64,000 nt of DNA from Bilabrum cf. latius (lineage: Eukaryota), in the NCBI GenBank assembly GCA_965178125.1, contig OZ237752.1, positions 496,001 through 560,000 of the forward strand, written 5' to 3'. How positions within the stretch are numbered: position 1 is the stretch's first letter; every line of letters begins with the position of its first letter. The notes beneath the pieces are model-generated. The model saw nothing but the letters and a program-made list of their open reading frames with translations. It had not been told where the DNA came from and did not search any database. Shown here in pieces: positions 12,241 to 24,271 of the stretch. The translations under genes and the position numbers were made by a program.

Positions 12241-12870
12241 TTGTGTTTCAAATTGGGAGTCGGAGCGCGCGGAGACTTCCGGTTTGATCGGACCGTGGAG
12301 AGTGGCCCTGGAATCTGGCACCCTTTTGGGAGCACGCGCAATAAGTAGCGCAAAAGATATAAATCTGCGGCACAAGGTAACTGATACCTAGTGCACGAGG
12401 CGCACAACGGATGTTGTAGCTAAAGTTGACGCCACCAAGTGAAGTGTACGATACCTGCAGCACGACTCTTGCTATGCGAACACAACCTCGCAACGCTCCT
12501 CCACCGCAACGCACACTGGGACCATCCGACAGTTTTATGCTCAGACGGCGCGCCAAGAGGCCCGATTGCAGGTTACTGAGGTCCACAGTCGTTGTCAACG
12601 TGCCAACTGTCCCTGATGCACGTCAAGCCCCACGAGATGGACATCAAACAGACCACCCCATCGATAAGACTATATGTTGAAAACTTCTAAGTGGGCTGCC
12701 AAGCGACTTGCCGACCAGTGGGACCCGCAAAAGTAGTCCAGCCCGGTCATTGCGCACAACCGTTTGGGCACTCCCATGATATGCACTTGATGCATCGCAG
12801 CCTTACTTTCACACGAAACATAAACTATTTATTAATTCAGTCTCTCACAGAATGGAGAAACGAGGCGGGT

Positions 12871-14531
12871 ACACAACAGTGTGCACGTGTCTCTGGCTTG
12901 CGCCGGCTTGGATGACCAAGAGGCAGGCTGGGCTCGCAGTGAGACCGCTGCTTGTCCTGGCCGCCTGAGTCTCGCTGGTGCTTGCCTTGGTAGATTGGGA
13001 CACAATGCTGTGCACGTGTCTCTGGCTTGCGCCGGCTTGGATGACCAAGAGGCAGGCTGGGCTCGCAGTGAGACCGCTGCTTGTCCTGGCCGCCTGAGTC
13101 TCGCTGGTGCTTGCCTTGGTGATAGTAGACACAATTGTGTACACGTGTCTCTGGCTTGCGCCGGCTTGGAGGACCAAGAGGCAGACTGGGCTCGCAGTGA
13201 GACCGCTGCTTGTCCTGGCCGCCTGAGTCTCGCTGGTGCTTGCCTTGGTGATAGTAGACACAATGCTGTGCACGTGTCTCTGGCTTGCGCCGGCTTGGAT
13301 GACCAAGAGGCAGGCTGGGCTCGCAGTGAGACCGTGCTTGTCCTGGCCGCCTGAGTCTCGCTGGTGCTTGCCTTGGTAGATTGGGACACAATGCTGTGCA
13401 CGCGTCACTGGCTTGCGCCGGCTTGGATGACCAAGAGGCAGGCTGGGCTCGCAGTGAGACCGCTGCTTGTCCTGGCCGCCTGAGTCTCGCTGGTGCTTGC
13501 CTTGGTGATAGTAGACACAATTGTGTACACGTGTCTCTGGCTTGCGCCGGCTTGGAGGACCAAGAGGCAGGCTGGGCTCGCAGTGAGACCGCTGCTTGTC
13601 CTGGCCGCCTGAGTCTCGCTGGTGCTTGCCTTGGTGATAGTAGACACAATGCTGTGCACGTGTCTCTGGCTTGCGCCGGCTTGGATGACCAAGAGGCAGG
13701 CTGGGCTCGCAGTGAGACCGTGCTTGTCCTGGCCGCCTGAGTCTCGCTGGTGCTTGCCTTGGTGATATTAGGGACACAATGCTGTGCACGTGTCTCTGGC
13801 TTGCGCCGGCTTGGAGGACCAAGTGGCAGGCTGGGCTCGCAGTGAGACTGCTGCTTGTCCTGGCCGCCTGAGTCTCGCTGGTGCTTGCCTTGGTAGATTG
13901 GGACACATACGGTGCACGTGTCTCTGGCTTGCGCCGGCTTGGATGACCAAGAGGCAGGCTGGGCTCGCAGTGAGACTGCTGCTTGTCCTGGCCGCCTGAG
14001 TCTCGCTGGTGCTTGCCTTGGTAGATTGGGACACAATGCTGTGCACGTGTCTCTGGCTTGCGCCGGCTTGGAGGACCAAGAGGCAGGCTGGGCTCGCAGT
14101 GAGACCGCTGCTTGTCCTGGCCGCCTGAGTCTCGCTGGTGCTTGCCTTGGTAGATTGGGACACAATGCTGTGCACGTGTCTCTGGCTTGCGCCGGCTTGG
14201 ATGACCAAGAGGCAGGCTGGGCTCGCAGTGAGACCGCTGCTTGTCCTGGCCGCCTGAGTCTCGCTGGTGCTTGCCTTGGTAGATTGGGACACAATGCTGT
14301 GCACGTGTCTCTGGCTTGCGCCGGCTTGGATGACCAAGAGGCAGGCTGGGCTCGCAGTGAGACTGCTGCTTGTCCTGGCCGCCTGAGTCTCGCTGGTGCT
14401 TGCCTTGGTAGATTGGGACACAATGCTGTGCACGTGTCTCTGGCTTGCGCCGGCTTGGATGACCAAGAGGCAGGCTGGGCTCGTAGTGAGACCGCTGCTT
14501 GTCCTGGCCGTCTGAGTCTCGCTGGTGCTTG
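12871..14531. repeat. Satellite array, about 13 copies of a 129-bp unit, interrupting the LINE between APE and RT
   Basis: Units start at 12881, 13010, 13139, 13268 and so on. Small frame-breaking indels and recurring junction variants (GTAGATTGG vs GTGATAGTA). Confidence 0.93.
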
Positions 14532-14622
14532 ACCAGGAGTGCTGGCTACAGCAGTCTGATTGCAGCTTGACGCGTCATCTCGGTCCCATGTTCGATCGCG
14601 GTGGGAATCTTGAAGAACATGA

Positions 14623-17600
14623 CGTCGTCGGTCGGAAGGAAGGGAGCACCGTCCACCTATCCTATCCTGGGCGCTGTGCCTGACACGAGAATACGGCACG
14701 TGCCGGGTCATCCGCGAGCAGCTTGACAGAGCCCGTCAGGTGGCCTGCAAGGCTATCAGTGGATTAGAGGCGATTGTGTTACGGAATGGAACTCCAGTCA
14801 CCACCCTTGACGGCATTCTTCATGCGCATGCAGACGAGTTCGAGAACAGCTCACGCCGGAGGGAGATCGACCCGACAGAGTTCATTCTCAGAGTGCAACG
14901 CAGTATGCCTAGAGCATCACGAGAACTGAACCTGTGGTGCCACAGTATACGTGAGATCGATGCTGCCATCGATGTGGTTGGCGAGAACAAAGCCACAGGC
15001 CCGGACAACATCAATCCGTCCCTGCTGAAGAGATGTAGGGCAGCTCCGCATGAATCCTCAGGATCCAAACGGCCGGCAGTTGTACTCCATTTGCTGCGTG
15101 GGATTTACAACCTCATGCTGCGGACCGGGGTCTAGCCAGAGGTTTTCCAGGCAGCATTCATGCGCCCAGTTGCAAAGAACCCACGACCTGGCCAGAGCCC
15201 CAAGGTGGACGAGTTCAGACCTATCTGCTACGCTTCGGTGCTCTCGAAAACAATCAGTCTTGTGGCGAACGCTAAGGTCGTTGAGTACTGTGAACAACAT
15301 GGACTCTTTGGCCTCGACCAAGCTGGGTTTCGGGTTGGCAAGAACTGCTAGCAAGCTTACTGCACCGTGCTTGAGTGGGTCCGACAGCGTGGACTAGACG
15401 GCGGGGTCCTTGTCTTCTTTGATGTGAAGGGTGCTTTTGACAGCTGTCAGTGGAATATCATGGAAGCGATCATGAAGGCTCAGGGTTGGGGAGATCAGGC
15501 AACTGGTTTCCTTCTGTCACGACTGAAGGTCTCGGTCCGGATCAGGGACCCAGCAACTGGTAAGACATCCAGGCCAATCCAGAAGGAGGCTGGGACCCCG
15601 CAAGGAGAAGTACTCTCACCGGCGCTCTTCCTCGTCTTCATGGGGGTTCTCCTCGAGGCCATTGCGAGAGAGCGCTCAGATTTGGGACACTTTCATGTAC
15701 TACAACCGTCACCAGGTTCTCGAGGTACTCCTTGGGGACAGTGCGGCTATGCAGATGACTATGTAGCGGCAGCAACGACATGGACGGAGGCCTGTCAGGT
15801 GGTCGCGGTCGTCACTGAGCTGTTCGAACTGGCCGGACTTGAGCTTGGGTTTCGACCAGTGAGTCAATCAGGGCTCGCGAAGAAGACTGCCATGATGCCG
15901 TTTGGACTTGCGGCCGACTCCTTTCCCCGTGGGTGGGACGACGATATCGCGTGTACAGCCACGGAAGTGAACCCGTCATGGGTAGAACAGACACGGACCG
16001 TTCCCCGCGCGAAGTCGTATGTGTATCTAGTGTTGCTGATATCGACGACGAGGATCCATGCCACAGCAGCAGAGCTTGGCCCCGGCTACGAAGATAGGGA
16101 CGTGATAGCCATTGACATGGTCCCCCACGTTCGGCGGAGGGTGGCAATGGCGATGCAACAAGCATCCATCATAACCCGCGCTGCAGTTGACTGTGATTGG
16201 TCGGTTCGTCTACACTCCCAGATTCTCTATTCTGGAGCGCTCACAAGTGCGCTCTATGGCATTGGTGCTGCTGGATGCGCCACTGGCTGGGAACGCTTCC
16301 GAGGTCTGGAACAGCGGATCTCTGTGAACTACGGCGTGATCATGAATGCAGCTGTAATGAGTGTAGTGGACCGTTTCCTGGCACGCATGAGGTGGATGCT
16401 GGCCACTGGAATGGCTGACCGTATGCCATTTGCCGTTGAAGGACGTCGCTTACCGAAAGTGGCGTTGGATTCTGAGGTATGGCTTGCGAGTGCTGCCGGA
16501 AGGACCGCACGGGACCTCTTTGAGCTCATGCGAGCCCCAGATAGAAGGGGTCTACCAGTGGTATCTCACTACATCCGGACTGCATACATATGCCAGTAGA
16601 TGTCGCAGCAGGGACCTCTTAGTGCTGCGGCGTCTCTCAGGCTTCACCTTCATGACAATGGAGTATCTGTTGACAACGGAGTGACTTGGCTGGGGGAGAA
16701 GGAGCTGAATCGGGCGGTGCGCCGTTGGCACTCGTCGAAGTCTGCTTCTAGCATCAGGTCTTTCAGGAACTTGAGCCCTGGATGCCACTCCGGCTACGTC
16801 CTGGCGAGCGCAATCAGGCAGCAGAATGCAGAACAGACAGTATCACTGGATCAGTACCATTGCCAGGTTGACGGGGTGTTCGGCCCTGGTTCACTGCCTA
16901 CCACTGCAGCACTGCAACCGCGTGGCTCCGACGGGCGATTGATCCTTCGTGTTCGTGCGGGTATTTACCCTCGTTCCTGTTCCCCTACTCCAGAGCTGAC
17001 TGACAAGGTGGCTGTGGAGATGACTCGCCGAGAGTCATCGCTGCAGTCACGTGGTCTTCAGGCAGAGTGGGTCTCCGGTGACTGGGCCAGTCGAACTTCA
17101 GAGGAGAAGGGCAAGATAAGGAAGGCATGGGCGGACCATGGCCTACGTCTTGAACCTCACCCACAACCTCTGGAGCAGGACAGGCGTGGAGTCGCTGCTG
17201 CTGAGCGAACCATTCCCAGGATGCGCCGAGCAATTGCCCGTTCTAGCGCCTCTGTTGGATTGGTACGGCTTGCGACACGGGTGGTTGATGAGCTGAGTGT
17301 AAAGATCAGAACGTTTCCGTCCTGGACTGCCTGCAGGTGGTGGACTGGGGCCTCGGTTCGAGGCTGGACTGCGAGCTCATCGGATGACCTGTTTGCTGCA
17401 ATGCGAGCTCATGATCGGAGGGGACATCGTGTGGCTCGCCCTAGAGGGCTCATGCACACTCTTGAGAGGATCTGGGCGCGTGAGATGGCGACTTCGCTTC
17501 GCTGTGTCTTGCGTGAAAGGGAGTAGCTGCGTCGCACATGGACGTCCCGCTGGTGGCGGATGGCATGTGTTGACGGTCCGGCTGTCCTTACGAGGATGGC

Positions 17601-17640
17601 TCGGGCTCACTCTCCTTCCCTCTGGTCCTTTGGTGGATGA
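14623..17640 (+). CDS. LINE reverse transcriptase and C-terminal region; 4 in-frame TAG
   Basis: KATGPDNI, FRPICY, QAGFRVG, FFDVKGAFD, GTPQGEVLSPALF, GYADD. TAG at 15133, 15349, 16597, 17524; TGA 17638-17640. Confidence 0.85.
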
Positions 17641-17954
17641 GTGGCTGAGTCTCAGGGTGATCGTCTCGGTATGTGTAGCAACATGATGTTTCGGAAATCC
17701 TCTTCGGGACGAGGGGTTCTTCTTTCTTTCTTTTGCTTTCTCTTGAGGCTTTGGCCTTTGCTTTAGGGGGGGGCTGCGGGTCTTTTGATCGCGTTGTTCT
17801 CTGAGGTCATCTTTGATGGCCCCACCTTGGGGGTGTGACAGCCACTCGTGAAAAGTCGTATCGTTACATTCAATCATCATCGTCACCTTCGAGATCTCGC
17901 ATCGGACCCTCGTCCAACACTTAATCTCTGTGGCACTCATCGAGACTCCCGAGT

Positions 17955-19136
17955 TCACTCAGGATGATCCAGAAGCACCTATACCCCGCCGTGGTGGGGT
18001 TGTGCTGCAGCTGGAGCTCCTGGATCCTCGGGCTCGATCTCTTGAGGAGGTGCTTCGCCAGGGTCAGCAGCTGCGACTGCTCCTCCCCGGATTCCGCCCT
18101 GCAGGTTGAGTGCGACCGGCAATTCTTCCTGCTGCTGGTCGGCTTCAGCTTCGGTCTGTTCAACGACTGCTGCGAGTGCTGCGGCCTCTGCCGCCTCACC
18201 TGCCGCTGCCACTGCTGCTGCTTCCTGTTGCTGTTCCGCTCTCTCTGCGTCCTCCCTCCTCTTCTCCTCCTCGGCAATGGCACGGCGCGTAGTAACCAGC
18301 TGAACATGTTTGTAATAATCGTTCATGTACTTCGCCCGTGTCGTTGCCAAACTCATCGTGATGCGCCTGGCCCACGTCCTGACCTGTGCGTCCACGCTCT
18401 TGCTCTGCTCTGGCCCAACTCGCTCTCGCCTGATCCTCGCCAGCTCCTCTAAGACCTTCCATGCGCCGGTTCCTAGTTTCCCGGTGTGTAGAACGACGAA
18501 GTCCCAAAAAATGTACCTCCCCGGGTATTTCAGGTGTTTGCAGACCTTCTCGCTGGGCGCGTTGCCTCCCACCGGCACCTGTCCTGCGATCAGCCTCGTC
18601 TAGTCCTTGGGTTGGTAGTACATCTGCAGCTTCACCTACGCCCCTGCGTATAGTGCGCTCTCGTTCTGCCAGTCTGACCCCGACCGCTTGCCTGGTCCCC
18701 TCGTTTCGTCGAAAATGTGGCGTGCATACTTGCCCGTGTGTGCTTGTGCCACAAGCACGTCGACGACTACGTTGGTGCCATCCTTCCTTGTGTAGATCGC
18801 GTCCGCGTACCTACTTCTCTCCTTGAACAGCCCACGTGGTTTCATCGTTCTACGAAATCCTACGGCGGTGTTGATGATGTTGCCGAGGATCCCTTCGATT
18901 TCCCCACTGCCTCGCGTGGCGAAGCCCTTCTGGAATGTGTGCTGTTTTCCTGATCCGCACCGTGCCCAATGCAGTGGGTCGTGCAAATATCCCTCCTTGC
19001 CACACCTGGGCATCGGGCACGTGTGGTTCTTCTCCTTCTCGAGGTCGTGCTGCCCCTCTGTCGTCAGCTTGGTCCGCAGCTGAGCGATGGGGCGCGCTTT
19101 GACGTAGGGCACGTACAGCCTGACTCGTGGTTGCAC
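17955..19136 (-). pseudogene. Antisense zinc-knuckle/RLE ORF, copy 1, with an in-frame 741-bp deletion that removes the ATG
   Basis: Near-identical to the 3' part of 55816-57726. At 19122-19125 the segment equivalent to 56984-57726 is replaced by 2 nt. Confidence 0.7.
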
Positions 19137-19372
19137 ATTACTTTGTGTGGTTTCTTTACCCTACAAATTATTCTGGTATTCTGGTATCCTGGCTACTTCG
19201 ACCGGGAGGATGCATCTCATCACTGATCAGCTCAAGTATTGAAAAAAGAACAAACGAGTCAAAAGTACATTCCACCCCAACTACAACGACCACCACGGGG
19301 GAACATCGCATCGGGCACGACGAACAGATCAACAAGCTCACGCCGCAGTACGCCCTTGGTCCTCGCCTCCGT

Positions 19373-22300
19373 TCACAAAACAGCAGGCCCAGACGAAGCG
19401 CTCATCCCAAAGTGTTGCCCAGGCAGCATGGACCGCTGCCATACGCCAGCCGGGCGACCCCGATCATCATCCAGCGGGAGGTCGCCATCTGCTGCTGCGG
19501 ATGGCGGGGCTTCACCTCCCGCCAGCCGCCGGACAGCGGGAGGATACCTGCTTGCCATCGCCCGCAGGCGGCCAACAATTCGATGGGCATCTGCGGGCGG
19601 CAGGAAGACCAGCCTCCCGCGCGCCACTTCCGGCAGCACCTCCTTCGACCACTCCCTCAGCAAGCGGAACCCAACAGGGGCGGCGCTCTGCCACCGTGCC
19701 GGCTCCACGGTGATGCAGCACCCACCGCTCGTGACAAGGACGTCAGCCAGCGGCACCAGTCGGCCCTCATCCGCGTGCACCGCCGCGACCACTGCACTGC
19801 GCTCACGCTGCGCTGCTTCCTGGCTATCATAACCCGCACCTGCCAGCACGCTGCGCGCGACATCATCTGCCGGATCCTACGATGCCGCCCCAGCAGCAGC
19901 CGCCACCAGAGTCTCGGGCTGGTACGCCTCGAAGCAATCGCCCCACACCGGCGCCACATCACTCGATCCTTCCCGCTGCACCGCGCACACCAGCGAGTGC
20001 TTGAACAGCCTGCCAGCCAAAGGGGCTGAACCGCCAGGCATCAAGCCAGCCGGCTCGCCCTCAGGGCCCGCCTGTCTCCCTGCCTACCACGCGTCCAGCC
20101 ATGTCTCTGCCATGGCGCGGTAGGGCACTCTGGTGGACGATGCTGAGCCTAGCGACTGCCTATGTCGGCCCAGAGCTTGGCTGGGAGCCAGGCAGTGCCC
20201 CAGCACCGCGTCACATCGCCCGCACCTCAACCAGCACGGGCTCAAGGCACCCCCAGGCTCTCCAGCAGTGCTTGCACCCGGTGCAGTCGCCGCGCTGGCA
20301 GCCTTCGATGCCTGGCCCGGAGGTACTGCTCTAGCGCCGCCAGAGCTTCGTGCCTCCTGTGGTGGAGACCACGGGTGAAGCATGAGCCGACGACCGTTCC
20401 GTCCATGCTTCGCTTCAGCGCCGCCACTTTTCAACACCCCAACAGGCGCGCCGCCCATGCCGCTACCAGGATCAGTGGACATCACATCGGCGCTGCCATC
20501 TGCAGCGAGCCCAGCATCGCTCAACCTGCTGTCTCGGGCGGTATCGAGCGGGTGCACGAGCAGTTCATGCTGGCCCACTCCCACGATGCCGCGGCGAGCT
20601 GATGTCGCCAGCAGGCCAAGCACCGCGAGTGGCTAGTCCTTTGGCTTGTCACCATCGTCGCTACCGCTGCTGCCACCGGCGCTCGATCGCGACACGTCAG
20701 CGACAGGCGTCGAGAACTCGATCCCGCCGCATACCCACATGCCAAGTCTCCTGGAGAGACCGAGGTCCGACGACAGCGCCAGAGCCCCCGCACTGGGTCG
20801 CGCTGCAAGAGCGCCGCTTGACAGCGAAGGCACAAGCGCGCCCCGTGCAGACCCGGTGGCCCCAGTCCTTGCACCACCACCGAGCGTTGCCCCCATGCCA
20901 ACCACCGCGCCTGCCGCAGACTGGCCCCTTGCCTCGATCGAGGCTCCGGATGCCACTCCGTACCCTATCCTCTCCCATGATTCGCCGCTCTCAATGGGCT
21001 GCAATCTCCTGCCGTCGGCTGCATGCCCGGTGTTCGCAGTGATGACCGTGCGGTCGTGCGTGTCTGACCCGGCCAGCAGCCTGGTGGCCCGCTCGCATGG
21101 CTCTGCCTCATCCATCACCGAGCATCCGCACATCCTGCAACGGATGCAGCCCATGGATGCAGCAGTCGCTACGTCGGCCAGCTCATCGTCTCCCCGAAAC
21201 TGGAGCGGCACGAAAGCCGGCTGACTCTGCAATGGGGTGCGCTCGCCATTCCCCTTGCAGTCGCGGTCGGTTCGTGTGAAGAACCCGGTCACTCGCACAA
21301 AATGCATTGCACCAAGGTCGTCTGTCACGTTGCCGACGGCATCCAGTGCCTCCCAGCGGGGCCCAGGGCGCTCGCCAAGCACCTGCGGCTTGAACCCGCC
21401 CGCCCGGTCAATCTACATGCCCTTCAACTAGCTATCGATGGGTGCAGGCGCAGGCGCCCTAGCGCCCGACAAGTTGACATCTGCTCCAGTGACGACGACG
21501 CAGCCGGGCGGCAGGGATGCCCTAGCTTCGAATCCGCCTGCACCTCGTCTTGCAGGCTTCCAGCTCACAGCCATCGTGCCGCCGAGCACGACGACTCTGG
21601 GCTCGTTCTCGGGATCCGTCAACGATGCTTCGGCCGATCGCCGAGGGAGCTTCACAAGCAGCTGAAAGGTTTGAGACAGCGGCCGAGATTCCAGAGTGAA
21701 CTCCGCAGGGGTTGCTCCTGGGCTCGACTCGGGCAAGGCCGGCGGATGGACGGCGGCAGGAGTGGCCATGCCTGCTAGCTTGATAGTTTCGTCGCGAGCA
21801 GGCTCGCCCCCATGATTCACCAAAGCAGACAGGTCTGGCGCTTGCTATGGAGATGCACCCGCTGGAACCACCTCGAACGGCATGCTGGCTCCCGCCACGC
21901 GCCACCCATGCCTGAGCCTGTCGTCTGCCGTGGTGTACATTGCGTGCGAGGGATCGCCAGACGACTCGCTGCTGGCAGTGCCAGTCCTACCAGGATGCGC
22001 TTCGTCTCCTTTCGCTCGCACATCGCATGCTTCTGGAACCACGAACAAAACGACGTATGTGCCCGGAGAGCTGGCAGGCACCCTCAGGTCAGCCCGAAGC
22101 ATGCTCGGGCCTTGGTACTAGTGGAACGAGGCCGGTGGCTCTGGTGCTGCAGGAGGGGCCTTGGAAACAGAAGACGAAGAAGATGACGAAGGTGAAGACG
22201 AAGAAGAGCCCGCGCCTGGACTGGTCCAGCCGACTGCCTCCGTGGGTAGGGACTCCGGGGGATGCTGCTGGCCTGGTGAAGTCTTTGTTTGGCACCGCTC

Positions 22301-23443
22301 CCGTTCTCGGGCTCGAGCTCGAGCTCGCTTCCTGTGGGTTACCAGCTCCATCATCCACTCCTCTTCCCAGTCCACCTGGCACACGTCATAGTGGGATCGA
22401 TTCACATCAAGCGTACCGCCACATGCCGCTGCATCGCCCGCGGAGATCCCAAGTCCCTGACCACTGCCGTGTTCTGGTGCAACTCCACCCGACCCAGACG
22501 CAGGGCAATGCTCCGACGAGCGACTGGCAGACGAGCTGTCCGGTTGTGTCTAGGGTGCACCGAAAGCACAAGGGGACAGCAAGGATCCACGCAGTGCCAT
22601 TACGCTTGCCAGCTGCCTCTGCGCCTCATGCGCGCAGCTGAACGCCGACGCCGACTGCAAGAGCAGCCGGTCGACATCCGCAGGTGGTGCACCAGCTCGA
22701 TCCAGCAAGCCGAGCTCTCCGATCCTGTACAGAGCTGCAAATGACCCCTCCGGCAGTGGGACGCGGGCCCATTCGCCCCACTTCCCAGGCCCGTCCAAAG
22801 CTGCCAGCTCTCCGGTGCCTCGGGCGGGTGGCGGTCCTGACCCTTTCGAATCCTACACCTGCCACGCTCGGACGCGCGCTCTGATCAAGGACCCTGGAGC
22901 CACGGTGGGGACGAATACGATGCTTTTAGGACCCTACAGGTCAGGTACGGATCGAACATCACACCCCATGCTGGCACCTTCCCAGCCGGCATGTGTGGGA
23001 GGCAAACCTACAACGGCTGCCTTGCGTACGTCCTAGCATCCAGACAATGTAATTTCAGCAGAAACGTGCTGTGCAGCAGTCGCAGCTGATGATTGCAACG
23101 ACATAGGAGCCTGAAACCGGCTGCTGGCGACGCCTGATGACTCTGCTTGCTTTCCCGGCGCCCCAGCTTCTGCGAGCAAGCTCGCCAGACCGTCCGCGTT
23201 ATCTCCATCCTTAACGTGTGATGCAAGCATCTCAACAACTGAAGCAATCATATCCCGCTTTATTGCATCGGCAGAAGTTCCAGCTTGATCAAGGGATGAC
23301 TGTACCTTGTCTTTCGTACTTGTGGTTGCAGCAGACGTTTGCTTTAATTGCTCTACTGCCTGCATAGCAGCGTCGCGGTTCGCTGCCGCTTCTGCGCGGA
23401 GCTTTTCAAGCTATGCAATTTGTTGCGCTAAGTTGCCGTTCAT
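19373..23443 (-). CDS. Large protein with C-terminal UBE3D/Ipa1-like (HECT_2) E3 region; 5' end uncertain; many in-frame TAG
   Basis: ORFs ending at 23033, 22550, 22118, 21845, 21428, 20633, 20084 and 19373 are all in one frame linked by TAG. CRMC, MWVC, LLVHP, CGRCDAVLG, RLFKHSL and LPP...YPPAVRRL...WQRSML resemble UBE3D. Ends TGA. Confidence 0.6.
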
Positions 23444-24271
23444 TGCAAGCCCAACAGCCAACAAGGTGAGCCAATCAAGGTTTCAAAAGCTCAGCAGGCT
23501 GTGTGATCAGTGGCAATTCCGATTCAACACTCTTGCGACCAGCACATTCATTCTAGACGGTAGTAGTTTGTCCAAATTGGTGTATTGGATAGAGCCAGGG
23601 AGGGCCAGGGTTCAACTCCGAGCGACAGCAGCTTTTTGGTAGAACACGCGGCCGTTCTGCAGACCACCATGATCCCCGCAGGATCAATTGCCGACGTTTG
23701 TCAGTACCTGCTCCCGCACGATTTGGTTCTGGGGGCATCATAGTCTAGCACATTATGGGCACATGTCAGCACTTCAGAGGCGGTGCAAGCGCGTCACCGG
23801 TCCTAGAAATTCACTGCATCCGCAGCGTACATCAGGTGGCCAGCTTTTTCGGCCACAGTCCCACGGCATTTGCGTTCTCTCCCAGCAGTACTCCCAGCTA
23901 ATGCGGGACTGCGGCAGGTTCAAGTGTAGGTGGGTCTGGAGCCTTGGGCAGTGCTGCAGCTGTGCAGACCTTGCCCACGCGCCCTCCTTCCATTCATGTG
24001 GAATGAGCTGCAGCTTGAGTAGTTTTCGTCCAATGCACAGAGAGTACCACGGGGCAGTACCACACATGATGATGTTCTTGTGGTACGCTACTGTGGCAGA
24101 ATAGAGGGAGATCGCATCGTAGTCGCTGACAGGCCAATGGCGCAGATCCGGCATTCAGGTAGGTTCCCCATGGAGTTGATGCTAGATTCGCATCCGTAGG
24201 AACTTGATGTCTAGTCATCTACAATTTACGTCGAAGGGGTGCAGTCACAGCAAGCCACACGTGCACGCCCG

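Larger units (their letters stand above)
10900..19192 (+). mobile_element. Non-LTR retrotransposon copy 1 (APE + RT, disrupted) with antisense RLE ORF in its 3' part
   Basis: APE motifs 10.9-11.5 kb, RT 14.7-16.1 kb. 15815-19180 is nearly identical to 53683-57782 apart from one deletion. Both copies end in short TATTCTGG repeats. Left boundary approximate. Confidence 0.75.

Noticed and set aside
12871-14531. CRISPR array or protein-coding repeat
   Set aside because: Units are 129 bp with recurring rather than unique variable segments, there are no cas genes, the context is eukaryotic, and indels break every frame.
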